This document shows, one piece after another, positions 38,154 through 52,460 of a DNA stretch of 64,000 nt (within the stretch, counting starts at the first letter, position 1; each line of letters opens with the position of its first letter). The notes below the pieces were generated by a model. The model ran no database searches, was not told the origin of the DNA, and was given only the letters and a program-made list of their open reading frames with translations. The position numbers and the translations under genes are program-made. The DNA comes from Octopus vulgaris (Eukaryota). The stretch is from NCBI GenBank assembly GCA_951406725.2, contig OX597814.1:82770001-82834000 (forward strand), written 5' to 3'.

Positions 38154-39664
38154 ATACACTGCAAATATTCAGGATTGTCTGGGAAATGTTGGATACATTG
38201 CATGTGATAGACTGACATTGTTTTTCAGAGGGATAGAACTAAGAGTTGAAGCACCAGGAGGCTTTTAATTTGCATTTGCATATTGTTGACAAGTGTCACT
38301 GAGGCTATATCTTGTCATAGTTTTCTCAGTGTATTACTGATACAAAGCATCAAATCTAGCATCTATATAATTTATAATAAGCCAAAATTGCATTTTGAAC
38401 TTGAATTCATCTTTAAATGTGGTGCAAGATATGGCTGAATATAAATTAAAATATAGTTTATTTTTTATCACTCTTCATGTTGTATGGTTAAAAGTAATGA
38501 GTGTAGAAGAGTTTGAGGAAATAGAAATAGCATTGAGGTGTCTGGGAAAAAGATCATGTGCTTCATGCTGCAAATGCCAGGAAAGATGTGATAGGAAAAA
38601 ATTTGAAAGGCCACAAAGAAGTCGATATAATAAAATGAATGCCAAAACTAAAATAGAAATCATCAACTGTTTGGCTATCCATCCATGCAGTAACATACAC
38701 ATTCAGTGTGATAAATTAGAAGCCAAATAAGATTTAAAAACTGAATGAATGAAAAAGTACTCTTTTTGCATACTCCAGGAAAAAAAAAGTGGGGCCAAAA
38801 TCTGGAATGCATTGAGGATAGACTAGAATAGAAAACCTTTATTACCATTTGTAGCTATTTGTAGCTATTCAAAATGTGGTAGAATATGAAAGATATATAG
38901 AGAAAATAAGTGGTTAAGACAGATAAGATAAGAGAAAGTAATAGTGTTTACCTGACAGGCTAGATTTACTGAAAAATATTCAAAGAAGGAAACATTATGA
39001 CTAATGAAAAGTAGTATATATATATGTACAGACACACACACACACACACACGCATATGTAAAGTAAACATGGTTTTAGAAGGTAGATAGTAGAACTGTTG
39101 ATATGTCTACGTTCATACAGTAAGATAAGAGCTCTCTATAATTGTCAAAATTATAATAATCCTGAGTTGAATATCTGGTAAAATGGCAAACTCCTCTGAT
39201 AAAAAAAAAATTCATTGGCAATATCAGTATGAGGAATAAGCATATGAAATAGGAAGATTTGATAAAGTAAAAGTCAAATGCTGTTGTAATAAAAGTTATT
39301 ACTATTGCTAAGTAGAAGTGAAAGCATTTGGGTCTCAGTTGGTTTCAACAATGTGTATTTAGTTGCTCAATGAACTGGTCATTGAATTTGCAAGTAGGTA
39401 TTTGAGTATTTCATAAATATGTGCATTATTGCTGTGAACTCCAAGCAGAATCAGTGTAGCACAGTATATGACAAGCTTTTTTCTTTGAATCACAGGTACA
39501 ATTCAGCTAATAGATTTCCACACTGTTCCCTTCTATCAATTTCACTTATGAGAGTTAAATCAAACCAAGGCTATGATGTTTATGTGTTGGGATCAAATTT
39601 TGTTATTGTGTAGTAAACCTTTCAACCATTCAGTCTAGCAGCAGCTGTATGCAAAGTTTTCTAT

Positions 39665-39967
39665 GAAGGTGCATGGCTTAGTGGTTGAGGTCTTCAGCTC
39701 ATGATCATAAGGTTGTGTGCTTGGTTCCTGGCGGCACATTGTGCTCTTGGGTAAGACACTTTATTTCACATTGTTTCAGTTTGCACAACTGTCAAATTTA
39801 AGTTGTACCTGTAATTTAAATGCCCACTCTGTGTCATACTGAATCTCTCTGAGAACTACATTAAGGATATGCATGTCCATGGAGTGCTCAGCCATCTACA
39901 TAGGCAGGATGTTCCATTGATCAGAACACTAGCTGGAACCCTTGTTGTCATAGCCAGTGGAGTTCCA
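39665..39967 (+). mobile_element. SINE with family D-like head and family C tail
   Basis: Head resembles 2352-2470; tail resembles 55550-55735. Confidence 0.75.
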
Positions 39968-41899
39968 GTTTATACACTGTTTTCCTGCTTTAGGTTATAT
40001 GAGACGAGTAAAATTGTGTATTTTGTCCATAGGCACAAATGCAAAAATTGTGACTGTTTTAACTTGAGGTTAAATGTATCAAATGTATCAACTGGACACA
40101 TTTGACAACTAAGAGATGTTGAGATAACATCACAGCATATGTCGGTCTTGACATGATTTCCCTGAATGTTCTTGCCAAAGATTGAATATTATGGTGGCAA
40201 CTATATCCTGTTGGTGTACATTCTACTGCAGGTGGAGATAGCAGGAAGTGAGTTCAACTTGAGGTATTTGAGCCAAATATAAAGTTTCTTAACAATAAGA
40301 CCATAATTATCTTAAAAATTCGAGATTATCAGAATACCAGATAATTCAATAAATAAAGATTTAATCTGAGAATATGTCAGAAATGTCATTTTGAACAAAC
40401 ATAATTTCCTTCTGTTGTATTAAATTAGATAGCATGTTATATTAAATTAGATTTTTGCTCCACAGAAATAAAAATAAGCTAATTGGCATTAACACCCAAG
40501 AATGCAAATGTGTGTTATTCTGAAAGCTAACAATACACACAAGGTGTCATATTATAAACTTCGTGTTATTTTCATTTATAAATATGTGTTTTATCGTAAT
40601 CTTTCTTAAATCAATGATGACATCGTTCTATTTGATATCTCTCATAGAAAAACATGTCAAAAGATATATTAAAAAACTGCTTATATTAAGAAGAGTTACA
40701 AAACCCAGTGGGTTTCTAGTACCCCACGGATGATTTCTTTTTTATGTAATGTATCCATGGAAAATCAATTTGATTTTCTCTAAGCTATACTCAAAGGGTA
40801 ATACACATTCAGCACAGCCAACAAATAAGTTACTTGTCAAATTTACATTACTACTGCATTTCTATAATAAATTGTTCCTTTTTACTGAAGTAAAAGAACT
40901 TTTTTACTGAAGGTGAAATAAACTAACTGAGTTACAGTGCTTAGTCTTCAACAAAATGTGGTGTTTGTGACAGGATATGAACAAACAAATGCTTGGTCAG
41001 TTTCTCACTGCACTATCAATACTTTGCTATTTATATTGCTGCCTTTTGTTTCTTCTTTTGTGTTTCTTTATCTGTCTGTCTGTTTGTTTATTCTTTGTTT
41101 GTTTGCTTGGTTTCTTGTCTTAAAATTTATACTAATTTCTGTGAGAGGGAAATTACAGACCAGATCTGAAAATTAGTGGTCATACTTTATACTTTTCCAT
41201 AACTTGAAGTATCCACAATGTGTGCCTAGTGCCCCTCATCTGTTGGACTCCTTGACCCTTGTGAGCCCACACTGCTCCTCTGAGAGGATGCTACAGCCCA
41301 AGTTAAAAACCAGTGACTTAAAAAGCTTTCTCATTTCCTATGCATGAATGCATGCATATGAACACACAGACACACACGCACACAGATATATATATATAGA
41401 GAGAGGGAGAGAGAGAGAGGGGAAAGCGGGAGGGAGAGGGAGAGAGAGGGAAAGAGGGAGGGAGAGGGAGAGGGAGAGAGAGAGTGAGAGAGATTCACCT
41501 ACACTGTATTTTGATTTCTATCTCTGTCTGGGATTCACATTCACTGATGATGTGAGAGAACCCATATGAATATTTCAATGAAACCATAGTTTGATTTAAT
41601 TTTGCATTACCTAAGTTAATATCTAAATTGTTGGACGGCTGAGCTAGTGGAGTAATAGACAAAGTGCTAGTGTTTAGTTTTGACATTTTATACTTTTAGT
41701 TTAAATCTTACTGCTGCCAACTCTGCTTTTATAATACAGAGGTTTTTAAGACAAAGTACAAGAAATAAAGTGGGACAGATTTTATCAATTGTTGATTTAA
41801 TCAGTACCCCAAAATTTGTGGCCTTATACAGGATGTTCAGGTTAAATTTGACAGTTTGCATAAAAGGAAAATAAAACAATATCCTATCCTAAATTAAAA

Positions 41900-42480
41900 G
41901 TATTTTAAAAAACCAAAAAATATCAACCAGATTATGGTTTGGAGGTAACAGTTTACTCAAAGTAACCATCCTCAACTCCTACCATGGCTTCAAGGCAACT
42001 CCAGAACCTGGCACATGCATTCCTCACTGTGGTACTCACCTCCTTAATCTTGGCCACCAGCTCAATTTTAGTGTTACAGACAGAGTGACTGATGTCTTTC
42101 TCAACCATGTCCCATACATAGGACCTCAAAGGATTACAACTGAGGGAATTAGGAGGCCAGAAATTGGGGCTGGTGAAGTCATAGAAACTCTCTGACAACC
42201 ACTCCTGATTCTTTCTGGAGGTATGGCACAGAGCTGAATCCTTCTGTCACACACATGGCCTTCTAGCAGCAACACTCTCCAGCTAAGGTTTGACCACAGT
42301 CTCTAACAGTTTCACATAGCTGTCAGTATATGGAGATATCCCCAAAGACCATCACAGTTTGGGGGTACATATCCATGTCACATCTTACAGCCTTTACAGT
42401 GTTCACAGAGCACTGAGCAGCTGTCATAATGTTGGCATTTTTACACCTGGCATGAATCATCATAATACAGCTAACTCTTT
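41900..42480 (-). mobile_element. Internally deleted Tc1/mariner (maT-like) transposon
   Basis: QKDSALCHTSRKNQEWLSESFYDFTSPNFWPPNSLSCNPLRSYVW...NTKIELVAKIKE...GYFE*. Confidence 0.85.
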
Positions 42481-42489
42481 TCTAATATT

Positions 42490-43682
42490 CAGATGTCCTC
42501 CATGATTGTTAACTTTTTCTCGACAACAATAGATGAGGTAATGATAGCAATAAGTAAATTGATTCTTGATAAGGATGGTATTTGTGCTGAAGTCCTGCAA
42601 ACACAATCTCTTCATGAACGTAGTGTAATCTGGAGGGATGGTGCAATGCCTAAGAATTGGAAAAATGCAATTATTCTTCCTTTTCATAAAGGAAGAATAA
42701 CTGAGTGTGGAAACTACAGAGGTTATTACTCTACTATCAGCTGCTGTCAAGGTTCTGGCAAGTATTCTTCTTACCTACCTGGATAGGTGTCTTGTAAATG
42801 ATGTCCTATCTGAATCTTGGTGTGGTTTCCAATCTGGAAGAGGTATGATGGATGTGATTTTCACAAGACATGCAAAAGTGCTATGAGCAGAATATGGATC
42901 TTGTCCAGGTATTCATTGATTTAATCAAGGCCTTTGATACTGTGAATAGGGCCTCCCTATGGAAAATACTTGGATGTCTGGATTATTTTGTATCAATAAT
43001 CAAATCATTTCATTATGGGGTGGAGGCATCGGTCAATGTTGGTGGTGACATAGCAGGACCCATTCCTGTAGAAAATAGTGTCAAGCAGGGTGACATCCTT
43101 GCCCCAACTCTCTTTTCTCTGTAATTTGCTGCTACTCTTACTCATGCTTTTGCTGTGGACAGCTCTCCTGGGATGTATGTTAGGTATTGATCTTCTGGCC
43201 ATGTTTTTAACTTGTGTTGATTTGCTGCCAATTCAAACATTTTCCAGTCTCTTATTTATGACCTCCTTTATACAGATGACTGTGACTTAGTCACTTATAC
43301 AGCGGATGATATGCAAATACATGTGAATAATATTTCTGCTTCTTGCAAGGCATTTGGACTCAGCATTAGCCTGGACAAGACTGTTATAATGTTCCAGCGT
43401 GCACTAGGAAATCCATATGTGGAACCAGCTATCTTGGTTGAAGGAACAATACTGAAAGTTGTAGACAAGTTTATCTGCCTGGGCAACACACTCAGCCATT
43501 CTTGCTCCCTTGATGATGAAATATCTTTCAGGCTGCAGAGAGCAACTGATTCTTACAGGTTTCTTGAGTCTCATGTCTAGTCCCAACATGGCATCAGAAG
43601 GTGAACAAAAACTGCTGTGTACTGATATCGCTCCTTTACTCATCTGAGACATGGACTCTTTACAAATGCTATATTGCATCTC
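42490..43682 (+). mobile_element. RTE (BovB-like) LINE reverse transcriptase pseudogene
   Basis: MPKNWKNAIILPFHKG...CGNYRG; FIDLIKAFDTVNR; VKQGDILAPTLFSL; LLYTDDCDL; FGLSISLDKT; VDKFICLG. Several frameshifts and stops. Confidence 0.93.
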
Positions 43683-44611
43683 CTATAAAACAAAAAAAAA
43701 ATTGAAGTTTCTTCACACAGTATGGTCCCACTGTCTTAAGAACAATATTATATGATAGAAACTCTGATCCTACCCCCAAACAAAATTATAATCCTAGTCC
43801 TAATTCTAACCCTTATTCTAAGCCTGTATTTCACCTTATGTCAAAAGCTTGAAGTTTACCCCATATGAAATGCTCTCACTGCTATGTGACCAATTTCTAC
43901 ATGACAATGGGCATTGTGGTCCTATTCCAAACTGACACATGATATGCCTAATGCACTGAACATGTGAGTTCAGATTCAAATATTTAATTAAGTACCTTAG
44001 AGCTTAATATGGTCTAAAAGAGATAACATACAATAGAAGAAAATAAACTGACTTTGTCAGAGAAGAAATAGTAGTGCCAACATCATTTTTCAGAGCCTCC
44101 AAGACTAGCAAAAAGAAAGGCAGAAGTTATCTTCAGACCAGAGACTTGCCTAAAATACTTGCAATAGATTGGACTTTGCTAACTAAGCAATAAAAAAAAA
44201 AAACAGATCCTTCAGGGGAACACTTGGTAAGGTCACACATCCTGTTAAAAATAGCAAATCTATCTCAAATTACACCTTATAATTTAAGACAGGTATGCAT
44301 TAGCTAATGTGAACTGATCTTAGATATACTTCTGGAAGATGCAGGTCTCATTTATAAGTGCAAGTATGGCTGTGTGGTGAGAACCTTGCTCCCCAACGGC
44401 ATAGTCTCAGGCTCAGTCCTACTGCATAGCACCTTGGGCAAATATCTTCTACTATACCCTTGGGCCAAACAAAGCTTTGTGAGTGGATTTGGTAGATGGA
44501 AACTGAAAAAAACCTGTCGTATATATGTGTGTGTGTGTGTATATATAAATATATATGTATATAAATATATATATATATATATATATTTTTTTTTTTTTAT
44601 TTTATCGAAGG

Positions 44612-44662
44612 AGCTTCTACAGGACTAGAACTGTTTCATTCAAAAGAAATCATCAGGAAGCT
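44612..44662 (-). ncRNA. Type I hammerhead ribozyme motif (copy 1)
   Basis: Exact reverse complement of 47032-47082. Confidence 0.82.
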
Positions 44663-44901
44663 AGGTAACAAGAGTAGTTTTGGCATTTATACATTTAGGC
44701 AGGTTTAAAGGGGTGGTGGTGGGGGACTTTTTGGGGGTAGGCATGGTGCAAACTATCATTCTTAGGGGAGTGGTCAAAGGAATTGGTGGTAAAGTAGATA
44801 AAAGAATAAATAGAAAAATAGAGTTTTAGGTAAATAAGGAGACTCTCACTTATACATATACATATATATATACATACACATATACATACATATATATACA
44901 C

Positions 44902-44932
<31 letters not shown>

Positions 44933-45703
44933 CATGTACATATACACATACACACACACATACACATACGTATACATATACATACATACATATACACACG
45001 CATACATACATAGACATATACAATGTGTATGTATATATATATATGTATGTGTATGTATATATATATATATATATGTACGCTTGTGTGTTTATGTATATGT
45101 AGGTATGTAGAGTTATGTATGTATGTATGTATGTATATATACATATGTGTAAATAGGTATATATGTGTATGTTTATATGTATGCCTCCGTCTGTATAATG
45201 GGTAACTGCATGTATATATATTTATTATTTATTATTTATTATTTGAGTATGCATGTATGTATATATGTATATGTTTGTATGCATGTATGTATTTATGTAT
45301 ATAAGGAGGCGCGTGTGTGTGTGTATGTGTATGCATATGTATAAACATGTGTATACATTTATGCATATGCATATGTATGGACATATGTATACATTTATGC
45401 ATGTATGTACTTATGTGTATATATAGATGCGCGTGTGTGTGTGTATGTGTATGCATGTGTGTATGTATATGTATGTGTATATATGTATATATATATACAT
45501 GTGTGTATATATATGTGTATGTGTATGTATGTGTATATGTGTATAGGTATATATGTGTATATGCATGTATGTATGTGTATGTGTGTACATGTATGGACTG
45601 GTTGGGTTTCTTTTTTTTATATATGTAGATAGATATGCGTGTGCGTGTGTATTAGTATGTGCTTGTGTGTATATATACATGTATGTAGGTATGTATATGA
45701 CTG

Positions 45704-45788
<85 letters not shown>

Positions 45789-46271
45789 GGTATATGTATA
45801 TATATATGTATGTGTATGTATGTGTATATGTATATATATTTATTTGTGTATATGTATGGACTAGTCTTCTGTGGGTGTATAGATGTATGTATGTGTATGC
45901 GTGTAAATATGAATTTGTAGGTACGTGTACGTATGTGTATATACGTGCATGTATGTAGATGTATGTATGTATGAATATAACACGTGTGTGTGTATGTGTA
46001 TAAGTGTACGTGTGAGTGTGTGTGCGTGTGTGAGTGTTTGTGTTCGTATCAGTGAGTAGAAAGATAGAAAGGAAGGGAGTAGAGCAATAAATGGACTCTT
46101 TAGACTATCCCTTGGGACGAAATCACTTCAGTGCTGGGCTGGCTGACCGAGGTCAAGATAATAATAAAAATAAAAACAAAAGAAAAAATAAAATTAAAAT
46201 AAGGGAATAAATGTGTGTGTATGTGTGTGCATGTATATGCATATGTATGTGTGTGTGTGTATATATATGTG

Positions 46272-46328
<57 letters not shown>

Positions 46329-46469
46329 AGGTATGTATGTGTATGTATGTATATATATGTGTATATGGGTGTGTGTATATATATGCGTATGTATGTATAT
46401 ATGTGTATATATATATATATATGGATATGGGAGCGTGTGTGTATGGGGGTGTATATCCCCCTTTATTTA

Positions 46470-46516
<47 letters not shown>

Positions 46517-46737
46517 GTGTGTAGACATATATAAGTGTATGTATGAGTATGGGTATGGGCGTGTACGTAGATACATGTATATGGGTACATATGTACATGT
46601 GTATATGGGTGTATGTGTGTATGTGTACGTATGTGTATGTGTATATATGTATATGTCTATGTATGTATGCGTGTGTATATGTATGTATGTATATGTATAC
46701 GTATGTGTATGTGTGTGTGTATGTGTATATGTACATG

Positions 46738-46776
<39 letters not shown>

Positions 46777-47031
46777 ATATATATGTATGTATATGTGTAT
46801 GTATATATATATGTATATGTATAAGTGAGAGTCTCCTTATTTACCTAAAACTCTATTTTTCTATTTATTCTTTTATTCTTTTATTTATTCTTTTATCTAC
46901 TTTACCACCAATTCCTTTGACCACTCCCCTAAGAATGATAGTTTGCGCCATGCCTACCCCCAAAAAGTCCCCCACCACCACCCCTTTAAACCTGCCTAAA
47001 TGTATAAATGCCAAAACTACTCTTGTCACCT

Positions 47032-47082
47032 AGCTTCCTGATGATTTCTTTTGAATGAAACAGTTCTAGTCCTGTAGAAGCT
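47032..47082 (+). ncRNA. Type I hammerhead ribozyme motif (copy 2)
   Basis: AGCUUC-CUGAUGA-UUUCUUUUGAAU-GAAA-CAG-uucuaguc-CUG-UA-GAAGCU: 6-bp stem I, 3-bp stem II with U-U at its base, 4-bp stem III, predicted GUA cleavage after 47076. Confidence 0.82.
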
Positions 47083-47164
47083 CCTTCTATAAAATAAATT
47101 AATTTACTCTGCTATGTATTGAGTACCTTATTTACTGTGGTTAACCCCGACTCAACCCGGGACC

Positions 47165-47230
<66 letters not shown>

Positions 47231-47769
47231 TATCTATATGTGTGTATCTTTGTGTCTGTGTTTGTGCCCCCACCATTGCTTGATAACCAATGTTGGTATG
47301 TTTATGTCCCCATAATTTAGTAGTTCAGGAAAAGAAACTGATAGAAATAAGTGCTAAGCTTACAAAGACTAAGTCCAGGGATCAATTTCTTCAACTAAAA
47401 CCCTTTAAGGTGGTGGTCCAGCATGACCACAGTCAAATGACTGAAATGTGTTAAAGGATAAAAGAATAAAAGAAATACTGTCAGAAAATAAAGACAGATG
47501 CCCATAACTGGAACACCTTTGGAACTTAGACCAGCCAAATGAAAGCTGATACAGGTGTACACAATAACCACCAGTACATGAAAACAGTTAGATAGTAGGG
47601 AAACAAGCAGCCTGCTGCTAGCTATGATTGTCTCACTGCACCCTATGCATGTTGGACTGCACCACACGAGTTTCTGTTTGGTGGATGCAAAATGCATCTG
47701 GAACAGTGAATCTGTGGACTGCATATAATCTTTTGACCAACTACCTATGTATTATAGCTTTACTCTGCT

Positions 47770-48254
47770 GCCACCGCCACCATCACCACCACCACAACCA
47801 CCACCACCACCATCATGACCATGACGGCAATGATGACGACGATGATGACCACTACCATTACCGCCACCATCACGACCCCCATGACCACAATGACGACAAT
47901 GACGTCGACCACCACCACCACCATCATCACTGGCAGTGGTAACAATAACACTGATGGAGCCGCAATGTAGTCACTCTACCTGCTGAAAATAGTAGCCAAA
48001 TCTACTTCAAATCACTTATCAGTATCTTGAAAAAGTACATGGCAGATAATGTGGTCAGGAATTCATTGTTCTGAAAGAATAAAATGCTACTGCAATTTCT
48101 AACATTACTAAAAGCAAACTCACCACCACCATCATTCATATCTCTGGCCATCACCACCATCACAATCACCATCATCACTATAACTACCACCACCACCTCC
48201 AACAACAACAACAACAATAACAACAAGTGCAACCACAAAGACAGTAGCACTAAT

Positions 48255-48285
<31 letters not shown>

Positions 48286-48653
48286 CAATTGTTATCATGA
48301 TTAACCAACGATGTCATCAAGTACCACAAGATTACCTGTATCCTTATTAGCTTTCTAAGTGTTAGCAAAGTCAGTAATCAGCTAAAAGTTCATATGACAT
48401 CTATGTGAGCTTTTAAATGAAATAAAAAACCTAATCAGGCCACTTAACCCTACTCAGTCAACAGCCTGGTCTGCCTGCCATTTATCTTAGTTAAATATGT
48501 AACATGAACCCTAAAGACATTAGTCATGTAAATGGCTGGTCTAACAAGAAATATTGGCTGCAGTGTTAGAGAGAAAGAAGATCGCTGTTATGAACATATG
48601 ATGCAAGTGGATGACAGCAGTGGTGGCAGTAGTGGTGATGATGACGATGACAA

Positions 48654-48687
<34 letters not shown>

Positions 48688-48700
48688 GGTGCTGGTGCTG
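47770..48700. repeat. Trinucleotide low-complexity clusters (CAC/GAC, CAA, GAT/GGT)
   Basis: Tracts at 47770-47940, 48120-48290 and 48610-48700. Confidence 0.9.
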
Positions 48701-48784
48701 CTGATGCATACAGTATGCTAACTAGAGAGAAAAAAAAGACAATTTGTTACAAAATGAAAGTAGAGAGTGATGTTTTGATGTGGA

Positions 48785-49010
48785 CAGTGGTTCTCAACTG
48801 GGGTCCTTATGGCCCTTGCGGGGTTCATGTAGAATTTTGTTGTGTAATTAATTGGTTTATACTTCTACAATATAAAAAATTTTTTTTTACAATTTCTAAT
48901 AATATTCAATTATAAAAATACAAAAAGATTTTTTTAGATACGTCGAATGGCTATGGAGGTCCAATAGAATAAAATAAGAATCAGAGGGGTCCATAGGACG
49001 AGGACCACTG
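48785..49010. mobile_element. hAT-like MITE
   Basis: cagtggttctcaac ... gaccactg termini; opposite-orientation homolog at 51062-51315. Confidence 0.72.
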
Positions 49011-50085
49011 ATGTAGAGGTAGGTAAACCACCAAAAAAGTCAGCACGAGGGAAATAGATCAAATCTGAAACAGTAATACTTTTAAAATGAAGTGATACAA
49101 ATTTAAGCTATTGTCATTGTTGTTTATGTTCCCCTACTGGTTAATTGAGCAGATCTATGTACTGAAAAGAACTGTATGTCTAAGGGCAGGGCTTCTCAAA
49201 GAGATAAATACCAGACCCTGCCTAAATTATTAAGGTAATCGTTTAGCTCCTCACTCCTTCTTTATGAATCAGAAGACTAATTAACAGTTACATTCATATA
49301 ATTCTCCCTTATTGTACCTTCTTTTACTTTAAGAGTACCTTCTTGAACCTTAAGAGTACACTCTGGTACCCTGTCGTCACCATCATTATTTCCCTTCCAG
49401 CTACACTCGCTCACTGTCACATAATGTAGGCAAGCCATGTATCCTCCATAGTAAAACTTGTTGATTGTCCGTCTGTCATACTTTAGCCTCCCAACACCTG
49501 GCATAAAGCCACCTCCTCCCCTTCTCTTATAAATATACCCCTTTTCAGTTGAAGGATCTTTTACCTTTTCCTTTCTGTATTTTGTTTTTCAAGCAGTAGA
49601 AAGGCAGAATGAAGAGACATATCTGTGGGTAAGGTAGTGGAATGTGTTTGTGGGTAAGTTCATAGCAAATATATTGGACATTTCATATTTGTGGTCTAGG
49701 ATGTTTAAATCTGCTATACCACCACCACTACCATTCCTGGAACATTATGCCATTGTAGATTTCACTTCAGTTTTGTAAAGAGCTAGTAGGGGAACTAAAG
49801 ATATTTTTTAGTCCTGATGAAGGCCAGTTTATGTGATGAAGTCTTTACCATGTTGAGGATTGATTGTCACATAAAGGTAAAAATAATAAAATCAATTCCA
49901 TATAACAGTGACCCAGCAAAAGTCTGTTATTGGTTTTTAATTAAACTGTCATAGCAAGGTGCCAGAATTCGTGCAAAGTTTTTTAGATAATACTTACGTT
50001 TAAGTTGTAAAATAAATTTCTGCAACCACAATTATTTTTATGCAGATCAATTGAGTTCTAGTTTCAATGAGAGGGTTAAAATGAA

Positions 50086-50143
<58 letters not shown>

Positions 50144-51061
50144 AATGTGTTAAAAGGAATGATATATATATTCAATTTAATCTAGAAGCCAAAATACAAT
50201 CAATTTACTCACTTTTCATTTTTGTATTCTTCTTTTTCTAAATTTGTCTTTAGTGAAGATTCAATTATATTAATAGAGAAGTATGTAAAATTAGGGTTTC
50301 ACTATAATTATTAACTGCCTTTAAGGCTTAGCAAAATGTGTTTGGCTTATGTATGCTTCCATACAAGTATAGGGATGGATAAAATGAAGCTGAATCTAAG
50401 GTTCTGAAATTAACAATCATATTGTAAGTGGAAAAAATCAGTGAAGTATATCTCAGTATTTTTACAGTTTCTCCAAATCACTTTAATTAGATGATGGGGA
50501 AAACTTTCAAAGTCCAATTATTTTACTAAATTCTAACTCATTTTTATTGCATTTTGTACATTAAGATTATGCAGATGTATTATTCATGGTTATGTTGCTT
50601 AGTGACGGCAAGTAATCTCAAAATTTCTTCCCCTATTAGGAAGAAAATACTCACTGCTTGTGTAACTCTACTCCTTAGATAATCACCTGGACAATCATCT
50701 AGGATAGTGTTTCATAAAGGGAAACAGCCATCAGTCCCCCACCTAAGAATATTATTGAAAATTTTCTGCCTCTCCCCACTTCATTAATAAGAGTTCATTT
50801 ATATAATTTTTCTTCTTTGTGGTGTTGGACAAGTTTAAAATTCTAAAAATTATCTTGATTTTATTAGACTTGACAGTTTTTCTGCTTCTCTTTTTAAACC
50901 CCAGGCTGCCATCTCCTGATTTAAGACAATAGAAACGTCACTATTCTGGTCAGATAGAAATGTCACTGTTCTAGCTATTTAGTTCTCTATTTTATAGTCC
51001 AAGAGTGGTGTTAATGTACTGGTCAGTTACAGTGACACTTGTACTGTTCTGGATGACCGAC

Positions 51062-51315
51062 CTAGTCGTTCTCAACCATTTTTTGCTTGTAGACCCCTTT
51101 GATTCCTAGTTTACTCCACTGAACCCTAATAAATATTTGATGTTAAGAAAAGCCCCATTATATTTTTATAATTAAATATTATTAGGAATTGTATAAAAAA
51201 AATTGTTAAAATATTTTGTGTTTTGTAGAAGTACCCGTTTATTGCACATAAATTTTAACAGCAAAATCTTATGTGGACCCCCAAGGGCCATGTGGACCCT
51301 AGTTGAGAAACACTG
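51062..51315. mobile_element. hAT-like MITE
   Basis: tagtcgttctcaacc ... gttgagaaacactg. Confidence 0.75.
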
Positions 51316-51901
51316 ATTCCAGGTGACTACTGATTAGTTGCTGTTCTCTTATCCTGTTCAAGTGTGGTATACTGGCCATCTACTGCTTTACAATCCTGTT
51401 CAAGAAAGGTGGTATTATACTGCACTGTCAAAAGTTATGTCTTTTCAGAAAGGATCAAGGGAAAGAATACTTGTTGATTTAGATTTTAAAGAAGAATCTA
51501 GAGTCAGTTTGTGGGGTCATTGTTAATTTCTTTTTAAATACTGAGTGGACTAATGTAGCTTAATACCTATGAGGCAACATTATCATATCCTGGAGCCAAA
51601 ATTTGTTGTGGGTCTTCTGTATTTTTGACTATTAATTATTCCTTTTGATTGAATAAATTATTTGTATAATTAATTATTAGTCACAATAAATAAATAAACA
51701 TTTATCAAATAAGAAGCTGAAGGCATAAAAACAGTCTGAAGTATAAATACACCACTAATTAGATATTCAAAATAAAAAGCATATTTTATTTAATAATGGT
51801 TTTTGGGTTTCTGTTTTACTATTTCTGATTCCTGTTCATTTTCCAGAATCATTTAAGAATAACTAATAATGAGAATAGTATGATATTAATATTAAGAGTT
51901 G

Positions 51902-51955
<54 letters not shown>

Positions 51956-52460
51956 TTTCTAAAGCATTTAAGAATATTAATAATGAGAACGTGTAAGTGT
52001 TGACTTCATGTGATTCTAGTTCCGTATTTATGATTATTTATGATTAGTTAGACGTGAAGAGGCTTAACGAATAAAATATTAGATTACAATCTCACCCCCA
52101 TTCACTCTCACCTACTTGGTAATATTGAATCTGAAACTAATCACTAGTTTTATGAACTCTTGTCACTCTAGAAGACATTTATCCATTATCATTTAAAATT
52201 ATTTAGTTTGAGTAAAGGATTAGAGTTTTAATAACCAAGCTATCATTACTATACACTTGCTGTCATATGTTATTATGTTTCTTTCCATTAACATGGTTAG
52301 ATTTCTTGAAACTTATCCTGTAATAATTGTTATTGTCATTGTTGTTGTTTAGCTTAAGTCAACACTGATTAAGCAGCACTAAAGTATTCTGGCTGTGATC
52401 ATTCCATCTAATCTTATTTTAAGTCATAGTGTATGTAGGACTACATCTTTTCACACATCT

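Larger units (their letters stand above)
44596..47168 (+). mobile_element. Non-autonomous Penelope-type, hammerhead-bearing element with inverted 5' copy of its pLTR
   Basis: 44596-45022 is a near-identical reverse complement of 46648-47098. Each arm carries a hammerhead. A 70-bp tail (47099-47168) follows AATAAA. The interior is non-coding and TG/TA-rich. Inserted in (TA)n. Confidence 0.82.
44358..47470 (+). mobile_element. SINE family A split by a 2.6-kb insertion
   Basis: Head 44358-44560 and tail 47240-47470. Confidence 0.85.

Noticed and set aside
43785-43826. Telomere-like CCCTAA variants
   Set aside because: Short and highly degenerate.
46093-46145. Possible third hammerhead inside the inverted element (tccc-tt-ggga-cGAAA-tcac-ttca-gtg)
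   Set aside because: No CUGANGA box and no valid UH cleavage triplet.
44695-47033. Long ORFs (up to 272 aa) rich in Y/I/C/V/M
   Set aside because: Translations of TA/TG microsatellite DNA that lacks stop codons.
47628-48915. Poly-His/Asp/Asn/Gly ORFs
   Set aside because: Trinucleotide low-complexity sequence with no domain or splice support.
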